Shown here piece by piece: positions 1-12,380 of a DNA stretch of 64,000 nt. How positions within the stretch are numbered: position 1 is the first letter of the stretch; every line of letters starts with the position of its first letter. Made by a program: the position numbers and the translations under genes. Source of the DNA: Phyllosticta citribraziliensis (lineage: Eukaryota). The stretch spans positions 186,001-250,000 of the forward strand of contig NW_027117338.1 of NCBI RefSeq assembly GCF_038025025.1, written 5' to 3'. The notes beneath the pieces were generated by a model. It was not told the origin of the DNA and did not search any database. It saw only the letters and a list, made by a program, of their open reading frames with translations.

Positions 1-2606
1 GTCGCCAGCTACCTGTCCAATGCGCACGACACGAGTGTTCACGCCTGCCTTTTCGGCCGCTGCGACGCAGATCTCCTCAGCCACCCACTTTGACTGCCCG
101 TAGCCCATGGAAGCAACGGCCTCCCAGCCGTGCCGGCGCTCAGGTATGGGCAGTTGCTTGGCCTGCAGCACGGCTGCCAGGCTGGATATCAGGACGAAAG
201 TCGGCTTCTGCTGGAGACGCGATTGCAGCGAGAGGTTGATCAGGTTGTGGGTGCTTCGCGTGCCGGACTGCTCGAAGCTTTGGAGGTTCATGTTGAAGTT
301 AACGGGCCAGGCGTTGTGGATGATGCAGGTGACGGAGGTGAGTAGCGCGTCGTAAGACGGTGGAGAGAGTCCCAGATGCTCGTCGCTCAAGTTGCATGGT
401 AGAGCCAGTATCTTGTCCATTTGAGCTGCCGAAAGGTGTTCGAGCAGGCGCATCTTACGCAGAGCCCCCTCAACGCGAAGGAGCGCTGACTGGTCGCTGT
501 CGGCGCGGACAAGGCAAACAACTCTTGAGACGTTCTCCCTCAGGACAAGTGAGGAGAGTATGTGAGCACCAATCGAGCCAGTGGCTCCAGTGAGAAGCTT
601 GATGCTGTCAGTCTTTCCATCATGATGGCTTGGGCCAAATCGAAACTCACCACACAGTCCTTGTCGGCAGTCATTGTGCCGACCTCCTGCGGCTCGACAA
701 AGTCAGAGTATCTTCTGATCATTTCCAGCGCCACCTCCCTCGGTTCACGCACATCCCGACCTCTTCCAGCTCGCCGCTCAATCAAATGGCTCGTCAGAAG
801 CTCGACAGTCGGATGATCGAACACCACGTTAGTCGCCAGACCTTGACCGTCGAGTTCGACTCCTTTCAGGACCCTCGAACGCACATTCGTCGCCTGCAGG
901 CTATCCATGCCAAGGGAGAAAAGATCAGATTCGTCGGTGAATTCTGCCACTTTCCGCTCGTCGAGATCGAGCTGTTCTGTGACGACTTGTCGAACAAAGT
1001 CGCGCACTTCGTCCGGAGTTGTCGCCTTCTTCCCACTCCCGGACACCTCCTTCATGGCGTAATACTCGTCGATGTCCTTTTCGAATTGCTTGAGGAATCG
1101 GGAACGGATGATGGTTGCCTTGTCGGTCATCGGCAGCGACACGTCGGGTTTTGTCACGATAATGGCCTCTGGAGAGATCCTGGCGTACGCAGGGACGCGC
1201 GAATTGCCAAGGGCCAAGTCTGGCAGGATGCTTTCAACGATGGCCGCAGCGCCCTGATTCAGGCTTGCTGTGCGCTCAGACGGAATGACTATCATCCCGA
1301 GGGAGTCCTTTTGGGCGCCGAATACCACTGCCGTCCGTACGTTTGGGTTCTGCTTGACAGAGTCCTCCAGCGGAATCGGATCTGCTTTTTCGCCGTTCAC
1401 GAGGACAATAATGTCGTCCTGCCGCGCGACAAATTTCCATTTTTGAGGGTCAGTAGGGTGCTTCTGAAAAAGATCCTTTGTCGGATAGGAGCCGTCCTCG
1501 CGCTCGGACAAGACCTTGGTGGGAAGCCCTGGAAGCACGATGAGATGATAGACGTCCTCTCCAACGGGCTCGAATTTCAGGAACGGCTTTGCGCTGGGCA
1601 AGGGCGTCACCCAGTTCCACTGGTCTTGACATGCTTCCATCAACGCGCCCGACTCTGTCTGACCATACAAGTGGTAAATCTTTGCTCCGGCGTCGCTGAT
1701 CTGGTTTCCGAGATCGTCTGGGATGGCCGAGCCCGCGCTGATGACTTGTCGAAGCCGCGCCAGGCGCTCGACGCCGCCGTCAATCTCGGTGAAAAATTTC
1801 AAGATGTAGGGCACCGTCACCAAAGCTTCCGAGGACGTCTTCTCGAGGCCCGACAGGACAGTCGACGCAGTGATTGGCCGGCTGGCGTTCATGATGGACA
1901 GACACCGTCCGTTGACGAGGCACCGTAGTAGCGTCGCAACCCCAAAGCTGTGGAAAAGGGGAAGAGTCGTCAGAGTCTCGACCTGGGGCATTCGACCGGC
2001 GACGTTGGCGGCCTGCAGCAGCCATGCCTTGGCGAAGAGTCGAACAGGTTTGGGAAGCCCCGTTGTGCCACCGCTATGGATGATGAAGCCTTGCTGGTCG
2101 CTTGTGTCGACTGGCTTCAACGGGCCTCCGAATCGGTTGATGAAGGTGGTTGTGGTGAAGTCTTCGGCGTCAAGCATCGGTAATATGGAGATCTCAATGT
2201 TGGCTGCCGCGCAGGAACGCTCCAAGCTCTTTCGAGCGCTTTTGGAGGTGATGGCGACACTGCAACCGGTCTTTTGAAGCAGATGAGTGAACCCTTGGTC
2301 CGGCAAGCGGGGCGAAATCAGCATTGCTGTAATGCCTACTCGCTGGAGGGCGATGAAGGTAATGTAATATTCCATGTTGGAGATTCCAACCATTGCCACC
2401 GTCTTGGAGGATCCATTTGCAAGGCCGCCCAGGATTTCAGTGTAAGCATTTGCTGCATATCGACTCAGCCTTTCAATATCGGCGCCAGTGTACTGAACAA
2501 AATCGCTTTCACCGCCGTATGAAAGAAGAGGAGTGTTGTCGTGTGTCTTTGCTCGCCGGCTGATGACTTGTTCCATTGTGACAAGTGGAAGCAGATCCGA
2601 AGACAT
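1..2606 (-). CDS. NRPS-like carboxylic acid reductase (A-T-R), 3' end beyond window start
   Basis: ATG at 2606 (MSSDLLPL). A-domain motifs IHSGGTTGLPKP and YGQTESG; T-domain LFSLGMDSLQA. After intron 598-650 (GTGAG..AAG) the reductase domain has LLTGATGSIGAH, HNAWPVNF and YGQSKW (YxxxK), open to position 1. Confidence 0.93.
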
Positions 2607-3023
2607 GGTGGGTTCAGCTTCCCGTTTGGGTGTATCGATGGGAAGGATGGTGGCGGATATATGCGTGGGGAAGCAGGTGAGTCGAGTCCGCACTTATATG
2701 TTGAGCATCCCCCAGCATGTGGGTCGCCTAAGCGGACTACGCTGCGACTAAAATACCTCAAAACTTAAAGTCCCCTGCGGATTCGGGTCATTTAGCCACT
2801 TATCATACGGCTTGCAGTTTGGCTCCACGATCTTCATGATGTGGGCATGGATTTCCAAATGATTCAGGTATTGATCGGTTGTCAATTTCTCGGCCAAGTC
2901 ACTATCTAAGCTCCTTCTAATCATCCAGGTTGGATTCTCAAACTCCGCATTAACGAAAAAAGCAGATTCTCCAGAAAACCAAAGCAAGACCCACTAACGC
3001 CCGTTACACCGCCTCCAAAGCGA

Positions 3024-4132
3024 CTAGATTGACTTCTGTTCTTCCGGCTCAAAAGAGTCCCTCCTGGGAAGGACATCATTAACTGGAGCGTATGGACGCC
3101 CAGTGCGGAAATAGCTCATGATGTTGGTAAAACACTCCTTCTCGGCCTTTGAAAACGAACCCTTGGTCAACCCACCCATGTGAGGCTGAACGACGACCTT
3201 GTCGCTCTCCAAAAAGTACGGATGGATTCCAGTTGGCTCCCCAGGAAACACGTCCAATCCCGCACGCGCAATTTTCCCACTCTCCAAAGCCTCAATCAGA
3301 GCTTGCCCGTCGATGATGGGCCCGCGCGCAGTGTTGATGATGTACGACCCTTGCTTCATCATCTCAAACTGCTTGGTTGAAATGAGACGGGTCGTCTCAG
3401 GGGTGAGCGGACAGTGAATGGTCACGACGTCGACTGACTGTAGGAGCTCTTCGACTGTGGCGCAGTATTGGGCCCCATATCGAGCCTCTTCGTCGGGAAG
3501 TCGGCGACGGTTATAATATCGAATTTTCATGTTGAAGGCTGCTGCCTTTCGGGCGACCTTTCTGCCGATATTGCCCATGCCGACGATTCCGAGGGTCATG
3601 TCGGCTGGATCTTGAGAGAGCTCCAATTGTTTTCGCCAAAGACCCTGCCGAAAATTTCGCTCGGCTCGACTCGTGTCGCGCAAGATAGCCAGGAGGAGGA
3701 AGAATGTCATGTCGGCAGTCGCTTCGCCCGTGGCGTATCGAGAATTGCAGAACCAGATGCCTGCCTTGGTCATCCAGTCCACATCAAAGTCGTTGAATCC
3801 GGATTGTGCTGAGACGACTATTCGAAGGTGCGGCAGAAGAGGAGCTAGCAGCTCCTCGTCGAATGGCTCATATGGCTGCGGCGACAGGCGGCACACTGCC
3901 GCTTGGTAAGGCCCATGTGCGGCCACCATGGCAGGCAGCTTGTTCATGAGCTCCTTCCGGTCAGCGGCATGAATGATCTACCGTGTGTGAGTTGTTATTT
4001 TACTGAAGTGTCAAGACTGCTTACATCTATGTCGAAGTGCTTGCTGTTCTCCTCAACCCCCCTGCTGGAATGCTTGGGCTCGCCCAAGTACAAAACTTTC
4101 GGCCGTTGCGACTGGTACAAGTCCGAAATCAT
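3024..4132 (-). CDS. D-isomer-specific 2-hydroxyacid dehydrogenase (glyoxylate reductase-like)
   Basis: ATG 4132, intron 3978-4024. Motifs GIVGMGNIG, HCPLTPET, INTARG, GLDVF..EP, PHMGG. Confidence 0.92.
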
Positions 4133-6305
4133 GGTGACAGTTTCTGAGGCTTCGAGAGGTTGATCAATCTGTCAGGTCTGCCAGATATCACGGTGGATAC
4201 GTACGTACAAAACTAGTTGATTAAAATACAGATCCACCTGAAATTGTAAGTCCCCTGAACCCTACCCCTTGATATCTCTTTGAAAGCTAAAGATGCACTT
4301 CACCGGCAGTTCTCAAACTGCAGCAAAATATCTCGAGCAACCTTGATACAACAGAGGAATAACGCCGAAGCACCCCTGGCAAGGCTAGTTGTCCGATTGC
4401 CAATTTATGTTCTATCTATCACTTTTGATGGACAGGGTCACGGTCAGCAACATTACTCGGTAGGTCGAAGGGTCCAAGTTCACATGTCGTGGAAGGCCTG
4501 GTTGCGCGAGGCGAGCTACCACTGGTGGTAATTTTGGCCCAAACGTGGTGATCGTACCCCCGTGCTACCTCGCAACGACTGATCCGCGTGTCCTTCTGCC
4601 CGGACTGACAAACTCTCTCAGTACCAGAGCAGGAAACCTGCTTGAACCCTTGCCTGGAAATCGTCATTTGACACTCAAAGCATGAATGTACATATTGATG
4701 AGCTCGGGAATCGCCGCTGCACGTCGTCGGATAGGCACTGTCCTTCCGAACACCGGTCCGGTAGACCTGCCCTGCCTTCGGAATTTGAGCCGATGTCTCC
4801 TACAGCTCAAGGCTGCAAATCCGAATGACGATCCTCTTCCTTGAATAGGGCGGTATCAGCGCCCGGGATGAAATGCTGCGTGGTGCTGGCAGCCTGAGTC
4901 CGCACGTTCCACTAGGCTTCCAGGCAGAGACCTCATGTTTGGTTACTGAATTGTCAAGCATCTTTCTCAGGACCAAGCCGAACTGCTTGAATGCGTTTTC
5001 AAGAGGCAATCAGACAGGTGTGTTGTACAATTTCTTTTCCCCTTTGTTGCTTAGAGTGATACACACAACCCAGCAACTGACGCGAGTTTTCGGTAGCAAA
5101 CTATTTTGGCAAATCGCACGGTGTATTTTCACGTCAGAAAGGGCAAATTCAACCCGGGCGACTGTTGGTAAGACCATCGGGGAAGTGGACAAGGAGCCAT
5201 TGCATGGACAGCCTGCAGTGAATTGCTCTCCCTATCCTGGTTTCTGGGATGTATGGTACACTCGTATAAGCGATTTAAAGGTGCGGCTCTGTTCTACTGA
5301 TGCTAAGCTTATACAAGCCACAGCACGGCCCAATGCTCCGCTCCGTTATGGAGCGGCCGCCGGGTTCGGATGGCCCGATACCAACACGAACTTGGCACGC
5401 CTGGTGGCACGCACACCAAAACGACCATAGCCGAGCCAACACCTGGGGATTGCACGATAGCACCCCGCAACCTTACTCGTACATCATCCGTTGTCGCAGT
5501 AGCTCCACGGAATGACATCTGAGGACTATGAGCTCACAGGGGTTCGTTGGCATGATTCCTTGCTCAAAATCCCTCTGGAGCCCTGTTCAGGAACGATTTC
5601 CGTTGATGCAGGCCACGGCTGGTTTTGCGACAAAAAGCATCGGGGAAATTGACCAATGATGAGAAGCTCCCAGTGAGGAACAGGACTGATCGCCGGCGAT
5701 GTTCATTGCAAGCCACTCTTTGCGATGGTATGATCACCCCGCCAAGTTTGCTTTGACTCTTTTACCCAACTTGATGCTTGGACACTCTGTGTCACTTTCC
5801 CTTGACGTCCTGTGGAGCTTTGGCGTTGCGACTCGACGGGCCTTGCATCTTCAACCCATATTATTCACCATTGGGTAAGCACTGCAACTGTCAGTCCTAA
5901 TCTCGAGCTTGACTAGCCAGGCTTCTTGTTCGAGCTTCCCAAAGGCCCACGCAAAGGAATCATCCTCACCATTCAAGCCTCCATCCGTGGCATCGGACAA
6001 GAATCCGATCTTTGCTCAAGCCTGGGTTGACGGCATGGCCGACGCGGACCACCTTACTTGCCATGGTCCGAATACCGCTCAATCACCAAGACATCCCCGT
6101 CAGACCACTTGGACCCATATGGGGACTTTTGGGTAAAATCTCATGTTGTCTTTCCAGGGCTCAACTTAAAAAGTAAGAGCGCAGCGGGGGCATTCATATG
6201 CGACTCGCGGGCTGCTTAAAGAGCATCCATATATCTTTAGCGACGGCCCCTTGAAGGTGGGTAGGCGCCAGATCTACGTTTGCAAAGCAGTCTCCTTCTC
6301 TCAAC

Positions 6306-8123
6306 ATGTCTCCCATCCTTCATTCCCTTTCGTGGTTTGGATTCCTGTCAGCGGCCAATGCGGCCACTGCCTGGCAACAATCGAACTACACCTTCCCCGT
6401 GCCCGAGAGCCAAGCAAATGCGTTTGGATCAGAATCGTTTTCAACAAAAAGCGAAGCCATCGCTGCGATCAAAAGTGCTCTCGGAAACGTCACAATTGCG
6501 GGAGTTGGCGACTTCGAATATGGCCAGACGATTGCGAGGATATGGACGAATCAGCGCAAGACCTATCCTGACCTAATTGTCTATCCTGAGACTACGGAGC
6601 ATGTGAGCCTTCTCATGCAATTCTACTCCAAGGCGCATCCTTTCTGGGGTGACGAAGGCTTTGCCATAATGGGCGGCGGACACGGTGACTGGGGTGGCGC
6701 TCAGTCACCAAGTGTCGTGCTGGACTTGCAACATATCTCAAAAACAGAGATCATGACAAATCCTCCCAAAAACTCCTCCGAGTATGCTATCTTGAAAATT
6801 GGCGGTGGAGCAGAGGCTGGAGATGTCTATGACGCGCTGGACGGCACAGGCTGGGCGTTCCTGGGTAAGAGTGCGCATAATTCCATTTGTTTCGCAAAGC
6901 TGACGCTTCTCAGGTCCTCGTGCGGCTTCCATTGGTGTCGGTGGATTCATCCTGGGAGGTGGAATCGCTTTCCAGACCAACAGGTACGGTGTAGCTAACG
7001 ACAACCTCGTCGGTCTGGAAATCGTCCTGCTCAACGGCGACATTGTTTACGCGAACCCGTACAACGAGTACAGCGATCTCTTCTGGGCCTGCACCGGTGC
7101 TGGATGGCTTGGATTCGGAGTCGTCACCAACTTTTTCATTCGGGGAAATCCAGATCCCGGCAGCGTTTACGTTGGCACCATTGCTTGGGCTGAAGACCAG
7201 GCTGCCCAGGTGTTCGAGAAGACTGCGGACTTCTTTGAGCACAACGACAACCCCGATGCATTCCCTGCGCTTCTTTACTATCTCAAGGATCCCACCAACA
7301 TCCAAGCACTTGTCCCTCTGCGTGAACGGAAGTTTACATTTCAACTGAACGCAATGTGAGTGCTGGTTCACTATCGAAAAAGTCGACGGGCATTTGCTGA
7401 CTTGTGGCAGTTACTTTGGAGGCGGGCAGAAGGAATTCAACGAGACTTACAGCCAGTTCTACGAGGGAGCATCCAGCATTTCGTTCCAAGAATACTCTCT
7501 CAAGACCTTGCAGCAGTATCTGCTCACCAACTATCCTTACGGCTACAACCGTATGTTCTACGGAAAGAGTCACACGAACTCCACTGCCGAATTTTACGAA
7601 AAGACCTTTGCCATCTACAAGGAGACTGTAAATGGCATGATCGCAAGAGGCGAAGATCCAGGCCACACGATCTGGGTCGATGAATGTGAGTAAAACAAGA
7701 ACAGTAATACTTGCATGTGCTAACATGGCCATCCCAGATGTCTTCCCTCACTGGAACGGCGCCGGCCCAAACACAGACAGCGACACGGCCTGGCCGCACT
7801 CGACCAGCGCGCACATCACGCTGACATCGGGCGAGTGGACAAATAACAGCCTGACAGAGTACATGTACGACCGCGACGAAAATCAAATGATGGCCTACCT
7901 CCGCGACTTTCAGAACGGCCTGGACGAGCCGGAGATCTACGACTACCCGAATTACATTGCGCAGTACAGCAAGACGGCCGAGGTGTGGGGCGAGCAGAAC
8001 TTCAAGAAGCTGCTCGACATCAAGGCCAAATATGACCCCGAGTGCTTGCTGAATCGCGGGAGAGTCATCTCGACTGACGCTTGTGTTGCCAAGGGTCTTG
8101 CGAACACGTTTGCTGATTCATGA
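6306..8123 (+). CDS. Secreted FAD-binding oxidoreductase (berberine-bridge-enzyme-like)
   Basis: Signal-peptide-like N-terminus; MGGGHG flavin motif, IGVGGFILGGG, DLFWACTGAG; C-terminal YPNY..WGEQNFKKLLDIKAKYDP. Introns 6865-6913, 7356-7410, 7686-7737 keep frame. Confidence 0.9.
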
Positions 8124-10143
8124 GAGACACGAAGGGGGGTGCAATTTAGAATTCATCTTAGATAGCTTGAGAAGGGAATAATATGTTTCAGATCATACGA
8201 GCTTCACAGATGCTTTCCCCAGGGTTGATCTTCTTTGCCCAGACTTGAATAGTCAAAGTATCCTCCGCCGTTTCACTTGCTGCCAATTACTCCAGTTGCT
8301 AAGCACAAAAACAGTCACTTCGCCCGCAGTAGTCTGATGGATGAATTTCATCAAAACGCTTTCCCCTGACCGAGATCAATCTGGATCCCGTCACAGCTCC
8401 CGTGACTACAATAGCCTCGTTCAGCATCACCAATCTCAATTGCAACACCTCATAGAGATTATCGGTCTATTACTTCCTAAGGAGTAAGGAATCGAAAGGA
8501 GCAAAATCACTGAATCGCGGCAAGGCCACCGTGTAGGCAGTGGCTGCACAGTGATGACGCGTCAAACAGTCGCTGGTAATTTCCTTGAAGCCTTCGTCAA
8601 CAGCTGTTTGTGCAAGTAAAGTGCAATCATCGTTTTCTCCACGATGCCAGCATGTGAGAGGTGGCATTGAGGGCGCTTCAACGTTTCTCATCGCCAACCT
8701 GCCGTTCAGTGATTTCCTTTTTCAAACGGAATCTCCTGTTTTCATCTCATAGGAGTCAATGAGCAATCCTGACCCCCGCGATCATCATTGCTAGGTGTCC
8801 CGCGAAGTCCCTTGCCAGATCCATTGGTCGCTCTGCACCTACCTTCCAGACCAGCGCGGTACATGCCGAGAGCTCACACACTGGAGCAAGTCCTCATGCC
8901 TGCACGGCAGCATTGTCCCGATTATCTTACCGCTGATTAGATCAGAAGTGCAGCGCCGTCTGTCTATCCGGGCATGTCGCGCATGCGGCCGACCTTCCAG
9001 GGACAGGGACAGACAGAAAGGTACCTCGCAGCATGGACAAGCTCCACTCTTTACACTTTCCTTCCACCCCTGGGCCAGGTCGGGTCGCAGTCCCAGTCCC
9101 CCAATCTGACCCTTACCACTCATCAAGGCGAGGATGTGTGGTGTTGTGTTGTGCCAGTAATGAGAGAGCGATGGTCGTCCCGCGCCGAAAGCGAGAGCCG
9201 CGGCCGCCCTGTGGCTGACTGGTCCGGGCCGAACTCTGAGCTTCTTCGCAGCCTTGACATCATGTCCCGAAAGAGTGGCTAGGGCGGGACGTGTTAAACT
9301 CTACAAGGCCCCTGGCGAGAAACCCCTGCCTAGAGAGCTGCTCCACCAATGGAATTGTACCCGTGTATCTCGATGCGTATCATGATACGATGGGCGTCGT
9401 TCGGCAGATTTGCGCGGCGGTGATGAGGCCAACCAACAGGGCGTAGGCTTGGGCGTTCTCGCCTTCTTTGAAGATTGAGCGACATTGCTATCTCCTTCTC
9501 TCTGTGTTCCGAAAGCACCAAGAGAGTTGCCAACTATGACTTCATGCCGCGAAGCATCCAAAGAGAAGCATAAGAATAAGGGTCGCTGCAGGTGGTGTGA
9601 GACAGGCCAGGATGCAAAACGTTGAGCCGGAAACTTTTTGAGCTTGAAAGAAACAATGGCGGCGAGAATTGCCAGCTCTGGCAGTGCGGCGTCTTTTCCG
9701 CGCAAAGCCCACAGAACAAGCTCACCGAGCTGAGAGAACAAGCACTGTCCCTGCCTGAAGCTAAGCTTCGTGCCCTGGCAATGGGGCCCCTCTCGACTTT
9801 TCTGTCGCGAAAATTGGCTTTCGTAGGGCAAGACATGATGTTATTTTTAGCTTTGTTGCAGCCACAATGGCGGCCGGAGTGACGAGCCGAGACTTGATGA
9901 CAATCGTCATCATGGTACATTGAGGTGGATTGATGATCACAGCTCTGACTAGTGATGATCCCCCGACTCGATTCTCGGTCGCGAACTCGGATCGTGAAAT
10001 AGTCAGAGTTCATGGACGATATGGTATGGCCGGCGGAGAGCGGAGGGAATGATCTTTTGATGATAAACCTTTCGGACTGCATAGCGTGTGAATTTACACG
10101 AACCAGTCTCGATTGACCCAAGCCGCTCGTTGCGTTGAAGATC

Positions 10144-11976
10144 ATGGAAGTACTCCGTGAGACCCAGGTAAGACGTCCGAGAAATCCTGAGAAAGTGATG
10201 ACTGAAGAACGAATTGCAGAAAAAACGCCACAGCAAAAATGACTTCGACAATGAACTTGTTCCTGGCACTGAGATCATGTCGGACGTGTCAAATGGCCTC
10301 TTTCTCATTCCGAAGCCAGAGAACGACGAACACGATCCTTTGAACTGGTCTCTCACGTGGAAGATATCGGCAATATCTGTAACTAGCTATGTCAGCTTTG
10401 TCCAAGGCTTTGGTCCTTTGGCTTTGGCGCCAATGTTCAGTTACTACGTCGAGGACTTTGGCTGTACACTCTCAGAAGCTGTCCAGTTCAGTGGAGTCTG
10501 CATCCTCGTGCTGGCGTTCAGTAATTTCATATGGTAAGCGCTTCAGAGCCTTCAAGTCGCAGGCGTCTCAACCAATTCTTCAGGGTTCCCATCAGCAACT
10601 CCTGGGGTCGTCGTCCCGTGTTGATTTTTTCGACGCTCATTTGTCTTGGATCTTCCCTATGGCGCGCTGAAGCAAGATCATACTGGAGTTTCATGGGTGC
10701 TTGCATCATGGACGGCGTTGGTGCGGGACCAGCTGAGACAATCCAACCGTCAGTGACCACCGACCTCTTCTTCTTGCACTCCCGCGGAAAGTGGAACACT
10801 TTGTACTGGGTTGTCTACATGGGATCCTTCGTCGCCGGGCCCCTAATATCTGGCGCGATGGCAAAACATCTCGGGTGGAGGAGCTTTTGGTGGCTCTACA
10901 CAGCAATGCTTGGACTCGCGCTGGTTTTGGTCGTCTTTCTGTTGCCCGAGACTTTGTACCGTCGAGGATCTCAGCAAAAGAGAAACAGCGGCAACATTCA
11001 CGTCACTGCGACGGCAAGCGGTGAAGACCTGAGGCGTCTTACAGAAGTTTTTGACGAGAAGGTCGACATTGCAGCGGAAGTAAAACGAGGCCACACCGGT
11101 GAGGCCACGGGCGCAGTACCGGCCACCAGCGTTCCAGGTAACCCGAACCAATGGCTGGGCCAGGGAAAGCCTTCGAAAAAGCAGTGGATGTTGTATCAAT
11201 CCAACTCGAACCCTTGGAAAGCAGTCGCCCTGGATCTCTGGGTCCCCTGGAAACTCTTCGCCTTTCCCATTGTCGAATTTGCCTCATTTGTTGTCTCTTT
11301 CAGTTGCTCTTCTTTTCTAATCGTCAACTTGACTCAAGAACAGGCTTTTGGGAGCCCTCCCTACAACATGGCTGCCGATGTAGTGGGATTGTTGAATATC
11401 TCCATTCTGGTCGGCGCCTTGATTGGACTCTTCTCAGCCGGGCCGCTCAGCGACTGGACCGCTGCAAGGCTAACGGCCAAGAATGGAGGTGTAAGGGAGC
11501 CTGAGATGCGGCTTCCTGCGATGATTCCGTACGTGCTGATCATGATCCTGGGTCATGTTGTGCTGGCACTTGGTTACGACCGTCATTGGCATTGGGCCGC
11601 GATCGTGGTGGTTGGATTCATCTGTGCTGGTATTCAGATGGCAGCGCTTCCTGCAATCGTGAGCACCTATGCCATCGATAGTTACAAGTCAGCTGCTGGA
11701 AGTCTCTTTGTCAGTATAACAGTCAACAAGAACGTGTGGGGATACGGCTTCTCGAAGTTCATCACGCCTTGGAGCGAAAAAGCAGGGTAAGTTCGCAGCC
11801 AAACGAGATTCGCGACCCTCCTAGCTGAATTTGACAGATACACGCCTCCAGTCATGACGAATATGGCGTTGACTACGCTGTGGTGTCTTTTTGGGATCCT
11901 CTTCTACTACCATGGAAAGACCTTTCGGCGGTGGAGCAGAAACAGCCATGTTCATCAAATCCAAGCGGCATCATGA
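10144..11976 (+). CDS. MFS transporter (DHA1/Hol1-like)
   Basis: ATG 10144; introns 10168-10219, 10534-10583, 11787-11837. Motifs IPKPE..DPLNWS, WGRRPV, LPETLY, REPEMRL and many hydrophobic helices. Confidence 0.9.
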
Positions 11977-12380
11977 GGACGTAGAGGAGGTCGCCAGTCG
12001 CTTGAACGATTTTCGTAATGTAGACAAGCTTAGAGATGGATAATCGAGTTTCGCGACAGACGGTCGTTTCGGCGTTTGCTGTGTTCCGGCAATCCGTGAT
12101 GCCCAAGATCGGGTCAGCCTCGCAGACAGACAACGAGATGCAAGTGACAGCAAAGGCCAATGAAGATGGTGAGAGAAGCCGAGGAAGCAGAGAGGACGAG
12201 ATTGACTCGCAGCAACACTACTCCATTTGGAAGGTGACGAGTGGGTCCAGATCAGTCGGCATGTGACGTAACCGAGCAGTGTGAGCATCACGGCACCTAC
12301 GGAACTCGACACAACCCAGTACATCCCCAACCTCATAACAATGCTTCTTCGCTTCTGAGGTCCAACACCCAGCCCGCATC

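Noticed and set aside
630..1928. 432-aa plus-strand ORF and similar long antisense ORFs (17437-18597, 23291-24463, 26938-27990, 32370-33380)
   Set aside because: These are antisense shadows of clear genes with biased codon usage and show no protein motifs.
2748..2987. 79-aa minus-strand ORF between the reductase and the dehydrogenase
   Set aside because: Non-ATG start, no motif, and no convincing splice link to either neighbour.
8124..10143. Short ORFs in the spacer before the first MFS, including MDDMVW.. at 10012
   Set aside because: No recognisable family; the TSS is unknown and there is no PS* motif.
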